DNA from: Verrucomicrobiota bacterium
GTDB taxonomy: Bacteria > Verrucomicrobiota > Verrucomicrobiia > JABWAM01
DNA: 64,000 nucleotides
Assembly: GCA_023269615.1 (NCBI GenBank)
Contig: JAHFSY010000011.1
Span: forward strand, 26,116-90,115
Reading direction: 5' to 3'
Position 1 is the first letter of the stretch; every line of letters begins with the position of its first letter. The position numbers were made by a program, and so were the translations under genes. Positions 39,434 through 48,926 of this stretch are shown one piece after another. Under the pieces are notes generated by a model. It worked only from the letters and a program-made list of their open reading frames with translations, did not search any database and was not told the DNA's origin.

Positions 39434-41278
39434 TTACAGCTTCTTCCCTGCCGCCTGCGCCAGCGCGACGTCCATCATGATGTTCGCCAGTCCTTGCGTG
39501 GCGGCATCCAGACCGGCATTCGCCGCTTTCAATTTTGGAATGTCGCCGATCTTTGTTTTTGAATTTTCTGTCGTGAGAGCGTCCTCGATGGATTTCATGG
39601 CTGACTGGATTTTTGCATCTTCGTCGGGCGGAAGGCGGGTGCCCACTTCCGCCAGTGCGTGACGCGTCGCCTTCAACATTTCCCCGGCCTTGATCTTGGC
39701 GTCAATCCACTGGCGCTGGTTCAGGTCGTCGAACGCGTGCTCGACGGATTCGGAAATCATTTTTTCCACAGCCTCGTCCGAGACGTCCACGGCGGATTTC
39801 ATTTCCACGGTTTTTTCGCGGCCGGTTTTCACGTCGCGCGCAAGCACGTGCAGGATTCCGTTGGCGTCAATTTCGAATTGCACACCGACGCGTGGCACGC
39901 CCTTGGGCGCGGGATCGAATTCCAGGTCGAAACGCCCCAGCGACCAGTTGTCCTTCGAAAGCTCACGCTCGCCCTGCAACACATGAATGAGCATGGATTT
40001 CTGGCGGTCCACCGCCGTGGTGAACATCTCGCCGGCCTTGATCGGGATGGTCGAGTTGCGCGGAATGATCACGTTCATCAGCCCGCCAAAGGTCTCTATC
40101 CCGAGCGAAAGCGGGGTGATGTCCAGCAGAAGCATGTTTTGAAATCCGCCCGAAAGGATTTCGCCCTGCACCGCCGCACCGAGCGCGACAGCTTCATCGG
40201 GGTTGACGCTCGTGTTGGGCTCGCGTCCGAATATCTCCCGCACGAGATTGTGAACGAGCGGCATGCGGGTCTGCCCGCCGACGAGAATGACTTCCGCGAG
40301 GTCCTTCGGCTCGAGCTTCGCGTCAGAGAGCGAGCGCAGGCAGTTGGCGCGCGTCCGCTCCACAATGTCGCGCGTGATCTCCTCCACCTTCGCACGCGTA
40401 AGCTTGTGGGAAAAACTGAAGCTTGGCGTCAGAAAGGGCAGCGAGACTTCCACCACCTCCTTTTCCGAGAGTTCGCACTTGGCCTTTTCGGCGGCTTCGC
40501 GAATGCGTGAAAGCATCGGCATGTCGTCGTGCAGCTTTTTGGGTCCGCCTGCAGCGGCCTCGATGAGGGAGATGAGATGGTCGGTGATCCGCTTGTCGAG
40601 ATCGTCGCCACCGAGGCGGGTGTTACCGTTGGTGGCGAGGACCTGGAACGTGCCCTCGTTGAGTTCGAGGATGGAGATGTCGAACGTGCCGCCGCCGAGG
40701 TCGTACACGGCGATCTTCGATTTCGACTGGAGCTTGTCGAGCCCGTAGGCCAGGGCGGCCGCCGTGGGTTCGTTGATGATCCGCTCGACGGTAAGTCCCG
40801 CGAGTTCGCCGGCCCGCTTGGTGGCGTTGCGCTGCGCGTCATTGAAATACGCGGGCACCGTGATCACAGCGCGTGTCACCTCCTCGCCGAGTGCTTTCTC
40901 GGCATCCTTCCTCAATTTTTTCAGCACGAATGCCGAGATGTCCTCGGGGTGGTACGTCTTGTCATTGATCACGATTTCCACCGGCCCTCCGCCCTTGCCC
41001 TGGACGGGATAGGTGACGAGCATTTCCTCGCGAGAGATTTCCGCGCCGCGGCGCCCCATGAAGCGCTTGACGGAATAGGCCGTCTGGTGCGGTTTCAACG
41101 CGCGGATGCGATTGGCGGGCGCGCCCACAAGGGGTTCGCCGGAGGCGGTCGGAAAGTGTACCACGGAAGGCGTAAGGCGATGCCCGTCCGAATCGGCCAT
41201 CACATAGGGAAGTCCCATGTCCACCGCAGCCACGAGCGAGTTTGTGGTTCCAAGGTCAATGCCAACGATTTTCGACAT
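39434..41278 (-). CDS. Hsp70-family chaperone, HscA-like
   Basis: GIDLGTTNS, TVPAYFND, YDLGGGTFD, ETFGGL...IPRNSTIP....FTT....Q..M.IHVLQGERE; no acidic DnaK tail. Confidence 0.85.
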   Translation of the reverse strand: MSKIVGIDLGTTNSLVAAVDMGLPYVMADSDGHRLTPSVVHFPTASGEPLVGAPANRIRALKPHQTAYSVKRFMGRRGAEISREEMLVTYPVQGKGGGPVEIVINDKTYHPEDISAFVLKKLRKDAEKALGEEVTRAVITVPAYFNDAQRNATKRAGELAGLTVERIINEPTAAALAYGLDKLQSKSKIAVYDLGGGTFDISILELNEGTFQVLATNGNTRLGGDDLDKRITDHLISLIEAAAGGPKKLHDDMPMLSRIREAAEKAKCELSEKEVVEVSLPFLTPSFSFSHKLTRAKVEEITRDIVERTRANCLRSLSDAKLEPKDLAEVILVGGQTRMPLVHNLVREIFGREPNTSVNPDEAVALGAAVQGEILSGGFQNMLLLDITPLSLGIETFGGLMNVIIPRNSTIPIKAGEMFTTAVDRQKSMLIHVLQGERELSKDNWSLGRFDLEFDPAPKGVPRVGVQFEIDANGILHVLARDVKTGREKTVEMKSAVDVSDEAVEKMISESVEHAFDDLNQRQWIDAKIKAGEMLKATRHALAEVGTRLPPDEDAKIQSAMKSIEDALTTENSKTKIGDIPKLKAANAGLDAATQGLANIMMDVALAQAAGKKL

Positions 41279-41341
41279 AAACCATTCACTGCAACGGAGC
41301 GGAGAAGCAAAGTCAAGAACCGGGGGCGGAAACACGGCAGG

Positions 41342-41706
41342 AACTTCCAACGTCGAACTTCGAACATCGAACATCCAACAATCGAGCTGCGTAGAAACGC
41401 GTATTCCGAAATGGAGGGACACGCTGCCTCCTACGCCGACCCGCGCTACGCCGTAGGCTTCGGCGAGGCGAGAGCAGCATTGGCTGCGAAGGCCGAGTCG
41501 TCGTGTCCACGGGATCCAGGGGGTGAGCGGAAAGGCAAAAGTTGAAGTGTGGGGGATTTAGAAGACGGAACATACAAACCACGGAGGCACGGAGGAGGAA
41601 AGGAAAATGGTGTTTAGAATCAGAAAGCCGAAGGCTGCCCGCGCTACGCCGCTCGCCGTCGCGACGAAGCGCTTTGGCGTAGTCGGATAGGCTTCGGCGA
41701 GGCGAG
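41342..41706. repeat. Repeat pile-up: TCGAAC(A/T) heptamers, triple-nested GGAG REP, CACGGAG repeat, 69-bp composite element
   Basis: 41342-41379; 41413-41508; 41577-41595; 41638-41706. Confidence 0.85.
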
Positions 41707-41780
41707 AACGCTGGCAGCTGATGGCTCCCCCGTGCGATTTTGTTTGCAACCGAGGGACATACGCGAAAACATGCAGCGCT

Positions 41781-42638
41781 ATGGCGCAAGACAACGGTGC
41801 GGCACGAAGCAGCGACGACGGTGGCAGCCTGAAGATCTATCTCCGGGAAATCGCCGAGGTGCCCCTCTTGTCACGCGAGGAGGAGGCGGATCTCGCCCGC
41901 CGCATCAAGAAGGGTGACGCCAAGGCGCGCACGCACATGATCCGCGCCAACCTTCGTCTCGTCGTGAAAATCGCCCACGATTATTCCAACATCGGCCTTC
42001 CCATCCAGGACCTCATCTCCGAGGGAAACATCGGCCTCATGAAGGCGGTGGAGCGCTTCGATCCCAAGCACGGCGTGAAGCTTTCGACGTACGCGGCCTG
42101 GTGGATCAAGCAATCCATCAAGCGCTCGCTCGCCAACCAGGCCAAGACGATCCGCCTGCCGGTTCACGTGGTGGACAAGCTTTCGCGGATGCGGCGGGTT
42201 TCCAACCAGCTCTCGGAAGTCCTCGGCCGTGAACCCACCGATGATGAACTCGCCGAGGAGATGGGAATCCCGGTCCACAAGATTTCCCAGCTGAAAACCG
42301 TGTCGCTGCGGCCATCGTCCCTCGATGCCCCGATGGGAGACGAGGACAAGGCGTCGTTCGGCGACATCGTCGCCGATGAAGCCATGCTGGATCCCTCCGA
42401 GATGTTTCGAGACAAGGCGCTGCGCAAGGACATCGTCGATTTGATGGATGAGCTCGACGAGCGCGAACGGGCCATCATCAGCAACCGCTTCGGGATGGAC
42501 GGGTCAAAGCCGGTGACGCTCGAGGAGATCGGCGCAAAATTCCATGTGACGCGGGAACGCGTCCGCCAGATCCAGAACATCGCACTGCGCAAGCTGCGCG
42601 CGATGATGCGGAAGCAGGACCCTGATGACAAAAAGTGA
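41781..42638 (+). CDS. Sigma-70 factor, RpoD/RpoS-like (no region 1.1)
   Basis: YLREI, ANLRLVVKIA, DLISEGNIGL, STYAAWWIKQ, TRERVRQIQ. Confidence 0.93.
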   Translation: MAQDNGAARSSDDGGSLKIYLREIAEVPLLSREEEADLARRIKKGDAKARTHMIRANLRLVVKIAHDYSNIGLPIQDLISEGNIGLMKAVERFDPKHGVKLSTYAAWWIKQSIKRSLANQAKTIRLPVHVVDKLSRMRRVSNQLSEVLGREPTDDELAEEMGIPVHKISQLKTVSLRPSSLDAPMGDEDKASFGDIVADEAMLDPSEMFRDKALRKDIVDLMDELDERERAIISNRFGMDGSKPVTLEEIGAKFHVTRERVRQIQNIALRKLRAMMRKQDPDDKK

Positions 42639-42644
42639 AACCCC

Positions 42645-43175
42645 ATGACGAACAACCCCACGCAAAATCTCAAGACCGCCGTCCGCGATGTGCTCGACTT
42701 TCCAAAGAAGGGCATAGTCTTCAAGGACATCACACCCATCCTGGCCGACGGCGATCTGTTTCGCCAGGCGGTGGACTGGCTGGCGGAGCTTCATCGCGGC
42801 GAGAAGCTCGACGCCGTGGTGGGCATTGACGCTCGCGGATTCATTTTTGCGGGCGCCGTGGCCTGCGCGCTGGGGATCGGCTTCATTCCCGTCCGCAAAA
42901 AAGGCAAGCTGCCGTTCGAGACCCAGTCCGTTGCCTACGATCTCGAATATGGAAAAGGCGAGCTGGAGATCCATGTGGATGCGTTGCGCGGGCAAAAGCG
43001 CGTGGCGATTGTGGATGACCTTCTTGCAACCGGCGGCACCGCGCTGGCTGCGGCGAAATTGATCGAAAAAATTGGCGGCAAAGTGTCAGGCGTTGATTTC
43101 GTGATCGAACTCGGATTCCTGAAAGGACGGGACCGTCTGAACGGTTACCGCGTCACGTCCGCCATCGTATACTGA
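42645..43175 (+). CDS. apt: Adenine phosphoribosyltransferase
   Basis: DFPKKGIVFKDIT, ARGF, RKKGKLP, YDLEYG, VDDLLATGGT. Confidence 0.96.
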   Translation: MTNNPTQNLKTAVRDVLDFPKKGIVFKDITPILADGDLFRQAVDWLAELHRGEKLDAVVGIDARGFIFAGAVACALGIGFIPVRKKGKLPFETQSVAYDLEYGKGELEIHVDALRGQKRVAIVDDLLATGGTALAAAKLIEKIGGKVSGVDFVIELGFLKGRDRLNGYRVTSAIVY

Positions 43176-43178
43176 GAA

Positions 43179-43331
43179 AGCTGCTAGCTACTAGCTTCTA
43201 GCCGAATTTTTCATGAACCCCGCCAAACCTGCATGCAAACACGGGATGCCAAAAGCCTGATCATGAATTCAAGAATCCGCAAACAGGTTTCTGCTTCTGG
43301 AACTAGCGGCCAGCAGCTAGAAGCCAGCAGC
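43179..43331. repeat. Inverted pair of CTAGC-type heptamer repeats
   Basis: GCTGCTAGCTACTAGCTTCTAGC ... CTAGCGGCCAGCAGCTAGAAGCCAGCAGC. Confidence 0.7.
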
Positions 43332-43347
43332 CTCCCCGTCTGATTCC

Positions 43348-43983
43348 ATGGCCGTCACTTCATTGATCCTCTGCGCCATGATGGAGTTGCCGCCCGAGCT
43401 TCCCGCCAAACTCGAAAAACTCGGCGTTCCCGCGACCACGCGAGTGCTGGTGGTGAGCGTGAAAGAGCAACGGATGACGCTCTTTGAAAATGGAAAACCG
43501 AAAAACGAGTACACCGTGTCCACTTCGCGACATGGCACGGGACAAAAAAAGGACACATTTCAGACGCCGCTCGGCCTGCATCGCATCAAGCACAAGATCG
43601 GGAAGGACGTTCCCAAGGGCGCGATTTTCGAGGAGCGGGTGTTCAAGGGCCAGATCTGGATTCCATCCGCAAAGGATGCCGCGCCCGCCAACACATCCAC
43701 CAATGCGGAAACACATGCAAAGGCCGACGAGCCGTTGGAGTCCGACCTGATCACCAGCCGGATTCTCTGGCTCGATGGACTGGAAGCCGGCCACAACTCC
43801 GGCAATCATCCCGACGGCACCCTGGTGGATTCGCACCAGCGCTTCATCTACATCCACGGAACGAACCACGAGACCGACATCGGAAAACCCGCATCCCACG
43901 GCTGCATCCGGATGCACAACAAGGAAGTCATCGCGCTTTTCGAGCTGGTGGAAGAAGGCGATCTGGTTTGGATTCAGGAGTGA
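43348..43983 (+). CDS. L,D-transpeptidase (YkuD)
   Basis: TPLG.H, IYIHGT, SHGCIRM.N. Confidence 0.9.
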   Translation: MAVTSLILCAMMELPPELPAKLEKLGVPATTRVLVVSVKEQRMTLFENGKPKNEYTVSTSRHGTGQKKDTFQTPLGLHRIKHKIGKDVPKGAIFEERVFKGQIWIPSAKDAAPANTSTNAETHAKADEPLESDLITSRILWLDGLEAGHNSGNHPDGTLVDSHQRFIYIHGTNHETDIGKPASHGCIRMHNKEVIALFELVEEGDLVWIQE

Positions 43984-44650
43984 GCTCATCCGCAAACCGC
44001 ACGTTCACATTGTGATTCGCGCCATCCGAAAAATCGTGGAGCAGCCACGTCTTGACGAATTCCTCAATCTGCTTGCGCCCCTGCTCGCGCACCAGCGGGA
44101 TGTTTTGTTTCGCGCGCTGGATCGAAAACCCTGTAAGCGATTCCTTCAAGTCCTGCATCACCGGACCCTCGCGCCTCCACACGCTGGATTTCACTTCGCG
44201 GTATTCGATGCGTGAGGCGTCAATCGCCGGCTTGTTGAACTGGATCGGGGGCGCGATGACATTCACTTCCCCACCCTGCACCGTAAACTTCCACGTTCCC
44301 TTCAAATCCACAAAGTACGTGTAATCCACTGGAGCCTTGGCCTCGACGACGACCTCGGGCAGCGGGATGCCCATGACAAGGCGTTCATCGTGACGCTCGA
44401 AGATTTCGGTTTGCGAGAGCGTGGTGAACTGCAGGCGACTGGTGGGTTGGATTTGCGTGGTGTAGCTTTGGAAGAGTGTGGTGATGGTTCCCGAGTTGAA
44501 TGCTTTTGCGAGTGTGGAAGCAGTTTCAGCGGATTTTCGTACAACTTCGCGGACGGTCCACGCGAGGATGAGCGCGACGGCAATGACCATCACCGCCTTC
44601 GCCCATGCGGTATGCGGGGAAGGTTGCGCGGGAGACGGCGAAGAATCCAT
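43928..44650 (-). CDS. Single-TM hypothetical protein (DUF4230-like)
   Basis: N-terminal TM, Y.Y.VDL..W, V.APP motifs. Confidence 0.6.
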   Translation of the reverse strand: MDSSPSPAQPSPHTAWAKAVMVIAVALILAWTVREVVRKSAETASTLAKAFNSGTITTLFQSYTTQIQPTSRLQFTTLSQTEIFERHDERLVMGIPLPEVVVEAKAPVDYTYFVDLKGTWKFTVQGGEVNVIAPPIQFNKPAIDASRIEYREVKSSVWRREGPVMQDLKESLTGFSIQRAKQNIPLVREQGRKQIEEFVKTWLLHDFSDGANHNVNVRFADELTPESKPDRLLPPARKAR

Positions 44651-44756
44651 GACTTCAATTTGCGGCAAAGGCGGCAATTCCGCAAGCCCGCGCCCTCACG
44701 CCCGATTTCTCCGCAGATTACGCAGACAGACGCAGATTTCCGGACCCTTGATCCCG

Positions 44757-44884
44757 ATCTGAGGCAGCGGTTGGGTTGGTGGATGATCGCTTGCATGATG
44801 ATGCTGTTGAGCATAGATATGTCCATTCGTGAACAGCCAAACCCAACAAGATTTGCATCCACCAACCCAACCGCTGCCTCAGAT
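44757..44884. repeat. 128-bp MITE-like unit with 29-bp perfect inverted arms
   Basis: ATCTGAGGCAGCGGTTGGGTTGGTGGATG (44757-44785) / 44856-44884. Confidence 0.85.
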
Positions 44885-45293
44885 GGTTGTGCCTGTTCGG
44901 AATGAGAAGGATCAAGAAACCCATGCGATTATCGGTGCGGCGATGGAGGTGCATCGCACGCTCGGACATGGATTCCTGGAAGCGGTTTATCAGGAGGCCA
45001 TGGCGGAGGAGATGGCCATTCGTGAGATTCCGTTCAACAGGGAGGTCGAGATCGAAGTTCATTACAAAGCCCGAAGGCTCGGCACGACGTACAAGGCGGA
45101 TTTTGTCTGCCATGGCTCCATCATCGTCGAATTGAAGGCGATCGGCCTTTTGTCAGCGAAGGATGTGGGACAGGTGATCAATTACTTGAAAGCGAGCCGT
45201 CTGCAACGCGCCCTCCTTTTCAATTTTGGCACACCCAGTTTGCAATTTGAGCGCGTCGTTTCAAACTACGACACCCGATCTGCGAAATCGTGA
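44883..45293 (+). CDS. GxxExxY protein (PD-(D/E)XK nuclease family)
   Basis: IIGAAMEVH..LG.GFLEAVY, ADF, IIVELK, QVINYLKA, LLFNFG. Confidence 0.92.
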   Translation: MVVPVRNEKDQETHAIIGAAMEVHRTLGHGFLEAVYQEAMAEEMAIREIPFNREVEIEVHYKARRLGTTYKADFVCHGSIIVELKAIGLLSAKDVGQVINYLKASRLQRALLFNFGTPSLQFERVVSNYDTRSAKS

Positions 45294-45380
45294 GATTTCG
45301 CAGATCTGGATCAAGGGTCCGGAAATCTGCGTTCGTCTGCGTAATCTGCGGAGAAATCAGGACCAAGGGCCGTTCCGCGT

Positions 45381-46583
45381 TCAATGCCTCCGTCGAACCA
45401 CGTCCTTTTGCTGGACCGTGCTCGCATTGTATTCGGCAGCCTCCTTCGCATCGAAGCGATCGGGGGAGAACGCGCGGATATCAATGCTCGTTTTTCCATC
45501 GACCACATATTCCGCCAAAAGCAGTCCTGCCACGGGGTTGTACGCGAATCCTCCGGAATGAAACGCCACGCCCACGTAAAAACCGGGGATCTTCCCGATC
45601 GGTCCCAGGATCGGCTCACCGTCCATCGCAAACGTGAGGAGTCCGATTTTTTCAATTTCCCATGTCGTGTTCGCCATGGCAGGCGCAAGGGTCGTGAATG
45701 TCTTTTTGTGATTGTCCTTGAGCACGGGATCCACCGTGAGCGAGGACATGTGGAAGTCCGAAGATGTCACGCGATATTCCTCGCGCTCGGCAGTTTCGTA
45801 CCCCATCAGCATGCGCCCGTCGTGCGCGGGACGGATGTAGCCGCCCAGCGGATTCGCGTTGATCGCCGGAATCCGCAAGGGCGGCGTCATGGGATGGGTG
45901 ACGTATCTCTGATGCACGAACGCCTTGACGGGAAGCTGCAAGCCGACCTTCCCGATCAATGTGTGCGTCCACGCATACACCGTGCAGATCACGGCGTCGG
46001 CTTCGATGACGCCCTTTGGTGTTTTCACGCCCGTCACGCAGTCACCTTTCATGATGAAGTCGGTGACCGTTTCATTTTCACGGATCTCAACACCCATTTC
46101 CCGGATTTTTTGCGTGATGGCCGGAATGTATTCGTTCGGCTCGCTGTAACCGCCCAGCGGGTCGAGGAGCCCAATGAAGTCCTCCCGTGGTGTGAGATCG
46201 GGCCAGCGCTTGCGGATTTCAGCGGAAGTCAGGATTTCGAATGGCGCACCGAGCCGCTTGTACAGGGGAAGCAGGACTTCACGATCCTTCCATGACTGGG
46301 GATCGAACAGGTTGAGGCATTGCACGTCGTTGAAACGATAACCGTACGGGGAAAGCTCCTCGGAGAGTTCACGATAGAGCGACAGACTTTTCTTGCGTGC
46401 AAGCACCCCGGGTTCGCTCCAGAGCAAACCGGTGATGATCCCGGCGGCACGGCTGCTGGAGCCGTCGCCGACAGGCCCTTTGTCCACAAGGATGACCTTG
46501 CCGAATTTCTTGCGCGCAAGGTGGTAGGCCGTGCTGAGGCCGGTCACGCCGCCGCCGAGAATGAGTGCTGTGGATGATTGCAT
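45381..46583 (-). CDS. FAD-dependent oxidoreductase (DAO/sarcosine oxidase beta-like)
   Basis: ILGGGVTGLSTAYHLA, GSS.RAAG, D..PILG, C-terminal FSPDRF. Confidence 0.85.
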   Translation of the reverse strand: MQSSTALILGGGVTGLSTAYHLARKKFGKVILVDKGPVGDGSSSRAAGIITGLLWSEPGVLARKKSLSLYRELSEELSPYGYRFNDVQCLNLFDPQSWKDREVLLPLYKRLGAPFEILTSAEIRKRWPDLTPREDFIGLLDPLGGYSEPNEYIPAITQKIREMGVEIRENETVTDFIMKGDCVTGVKTPKGVIEADAVICTVYAWTHTLIGKVGLQLPVKAFVHQRYVTHPMTPPLRIPAINANPLGGYIRPAHDGRMLMGYETAEREEYRVTSSDFHMSSLTVDPVLKDNHKKTFTTLAPAMANTTWEIEKIGLLTFAMDGEPILGPIGKIPGFYVGVAFHSGGFAYNPVAGLLLAEYVVDGKTSIDIRAFSPDRFDAKEAAEYNASTVQQKDVVRRRH

Positions 46584-46766
46584 ATTTGCGTGAATGAATA
46601 ATTCAGCGGTTGGGACCCGAGGCGATTTGTTGGGCGAGTGGGGGCGATTTGCAAGTGAAATGCAGTTTCGCGTTTGCACTCTTATGAGACCTCAGCAACC
46701 TACAGCCGAAACCCCACATTTCTGCCGCGCTTGCCATGCCCTCCCCGCCTCTGGCAGTGTCCCCTC

Positions 46767-47729
46767 ATGCGAATTTTATCGGGGATCCAGCCTTCCGGGA
46801 CGCTGCACATCGGAAATTATTTTGGGATGATGCGGCCGTCCATCGAACTCCAGCAGAAGGGGGAGGCGTTTTATTTCATTGCCGACTACCACGCGCTCAC
46901 ATCGATCCATGACGCGAAGTTGCTGAGGGAATATTCGAGAGATGTGGCCCTGGATTTTCTTGCCTGCGGGCTGGACCCAGCGCGGGCGATTTTATTTCGC
47001 CAGTCGGATGTTCCCGAGGTGACGGAGCTGGCGTGGCTGCTTTCGGTGGTGACGCCCATGAGCCTTCTGGAGAAGTGCCATTCGTACAAGGACAAGACGG
47101 CGAAGGGTATTGCGCCGACGCACGGGCTGTTTGCGTATCCCGTGCTGATGGCGGCGGACATTTTGATCTACCAGTCGGACGTGGTGCCGGTGGGGCGCGA
47201 CCAGAAGCAGCATGTGGAGGTGACGCGCGACATTGCGGTGAAGTTCAACGCGCAATTCGGCGAGGTGTTCAAGCTGCCCGAGCCCCAGATCCGCGAGGCG
47301 GTGGCCCTGGTGCCGGGGAGCGACGGGCAGAAGATGTCGAAGAGCTACAACAATACGATCGAAATTTTCGGGGACGAGAAGGCGTTGAGAAAGAAAGTCA
47401 TGGGCATCCAAACTGACAGCCAGCCGCTGGAGGTTCCCAAGACGGATTTGGAGAAAAACCCGGCATGGCTGTTATTGAAATTGCTCGCGTCCGAGCCGGC
47501 ATTCGCGGAGATGGACCGGAAGCTGCGCGCGGGCGGGACAGGATATGGAGATTTGAAGAAAGCGGTGTTTGAGAACTACTGGGCGTATTTCGCGGAGGCG
47601 CGGAAACGGCGGGAGGGATTCCTGAAAGATCCGTCCGTCATTGACCGGGTGTTGAAGGAAGGCGCGGAAAAGGCGCGGCCGGTGGCAAGGGCGACACTGG
47701 ACCGGGCGAGGAAGGCCGTGGGGTTGTGA
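46767..47729 (+). CDS. trpS: Tryptophanyl-tRNA synthetase
   Basis: SGIQPSG.LHIGNY, YPVLMAADIL, VPVG.DQ, KMSKS. Confidence 0.96.
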   Translation: MRILSGIQPSGTLHIGNYFGMMRPSIELQQKGEAFYFIADYHALTSIHDAKLLREYSRDVALDFLACGLDPARAILFRQSDVPEVTELAWLLSVVTPMSLLEKCHSYKDKTAKGIAPTHGLFAYPVLMAADILIYQSDVVPVGRDQKQHVEVTRDIAVKFNAQFGEVFKLPEPQIREAVALVPGSDGQKMSKSYNNTIEIFGDEKALRKKVMGIQTDSQPLEVPKTDLEKNPAWLLLKLLASEPAFAEMDRKLRAGGTGYGDLKKAVFENYWAYFAEARKRREGFLKDPSVIDRVLKEGAEKARPVARATLDRARKAVGL

Positions 47730-47742
47730 GCGGCGGCGGCGA

Positions 47743-48092
47743 GTTTCGCGCAAAGACGCAAAGGCGCAAAGCCTTCCCTTGGTCCCGATTTCTCCGCAGA
47801 TTTCGCAGATGGACGCAGATTTCTGAACGGCAAACAACCGTGCCATTCTGATTGAAAGCCAAGCTTTCAATCAGAATGGCACGGTGGGATCACGGGCTCC
47901 GCCGGCAGCAGGAAAACTTGGCGCCTTTGCGTCTTCTCGCCTCGCCAAAGCCTACGGCGTAGCGCGGGTGCGCGAAACCTTCCGAAAATCTGCGTCGCTC
48001 TGCGTTAATCGGCGGAGAAATCGGGCGTGAGGGCAGGCCCGGATTTATGGATTCACTTTCTTCTGGATTCTGACTCCTGACTCCTGAATTCT
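47743..48092. mobile_element. Gene-less derivative of the GxxExxY element interleaved with other repeats
   Basis: Ends 47776-47823 and 47986-48034; 23-bp-arm hairpin 47837-47885; CGCAAAG pair 47743-47771/47917-47978; 33-bp insert 47936-47968; CTCCTGA heptamers 48061-48092. Confidence 0.7.
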
Positions 48093-48099
48093 TCCCACC

Positions 48100-48915
48100 A
48101 TGTCCGACTACAAGGTTCAACTTGACGAAGTGTTTGAAGGCCCGATGGACCTGCTGCTTTACCTCATCAAGAAGAACGAGGTGGACATCTACCGCATCCC
48201 GATCTCAAAGATCACGTCGCAGTACATGGAGTATCTCGACCTGATGAAGATGATCGTTCCCGACGTGGCGGGGGAGTTCGTGGTGATGGGAGCGACGCTG
48301 ATGTACATCAAGAGCCGCATGTTGCTTCCCGAGGACCAGCAGGTGGCGGACCCCGAGGCTGTCGCGGACGAGATGGACCCGCGCTGGGATTTGATCCGCC
48401 AGCTCGTCGAATACAAAAAATTCAAGGAAGCTGCAGAAGACTTGCAGCAACGCGAACTTTTCCAGGAGAGCGTGTACTCGCGCCAGCAACAGGGCTTGGG
48501 GTTCGACACGCCGACGGAGGACGGTCCCTCGCTGGGCGACTTGAGCGTGTTCGACCTGCTCAACGCGTTCAACCGGGTGCTCAAGCGTTCCGACGCAGCG
48601 GACGATTTGCGCGATATTTTTGAGGACCGGTTCACGGTCAGCGACAAGATTGATTTCATCCTGAAGCTGACGGCGGTCGAGGAGCGCACCTCGTTTTCAC
48701 GGCTGTTCGACGGCATGGCGTCGAAGACGGAAATCATCGTCACGTTCCTGGCGTTGCTGGAGCTGATACGCCTCCGGCAGTTGCGTGTGGCGCAATCGGA
48801 ATCATTTGGCGAGATTGACATTGTGCGCGTGAAGCAGGAGGAGGCCGCAGCGCCCGCACAAACCGAGGGCGGCGAAACAGAACCGGGCTCGACAAGCGGG
48901 CCGACGAACCCTTGA
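48100..48915 (+). CDS. scpA: Segregation and condensation protein A
   Basis: FEGPMDLLLYLI, IKSRMLLP, TFLALLEL. Confidence 0.93.
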   Translation: MSDYKVQLDEVFEGPMDLLLYLIKKNEVDIYRIPISKITSQYMEYLDLMKMIVPDVAGEFVVMGATLMYIKSRMLLPEDQQVADPEAVADEMDPRWDLIRQLVEYKKFKEAAEDLQQRELFQESVYSRQQQGLGFDTPTEDGPSLGDLSVFDLLNAFNRVLKRSDAADDLRDIFEDRFTVSDKIDFILKLTAVEERTSFSRLFDGMASKTEIIVTFLALLELIRLRQLRVAQSESFGEIDIVRVKQEEAAAPAQTEGGETEPGSTSGPTNP

Positions 48916-48926
48916 ATTGATCGGAC

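Larger units (their letters stand above)
44692..45369. mobile_element. Putative GxxExxY element with 58-bp terminal inverted repeats
   Basis: IR 44704-44761 / 45301-45358 (3 mismatches) enclosing one nuclease gene; matching gene-less copy at 47776-48034. Confidence 0.65.

Noticed and set aside
43928-43983. 56-nt convergent overlap of two CDS ends
   Set aside because: Common consequence of stop-codon drift; no evidence of function.
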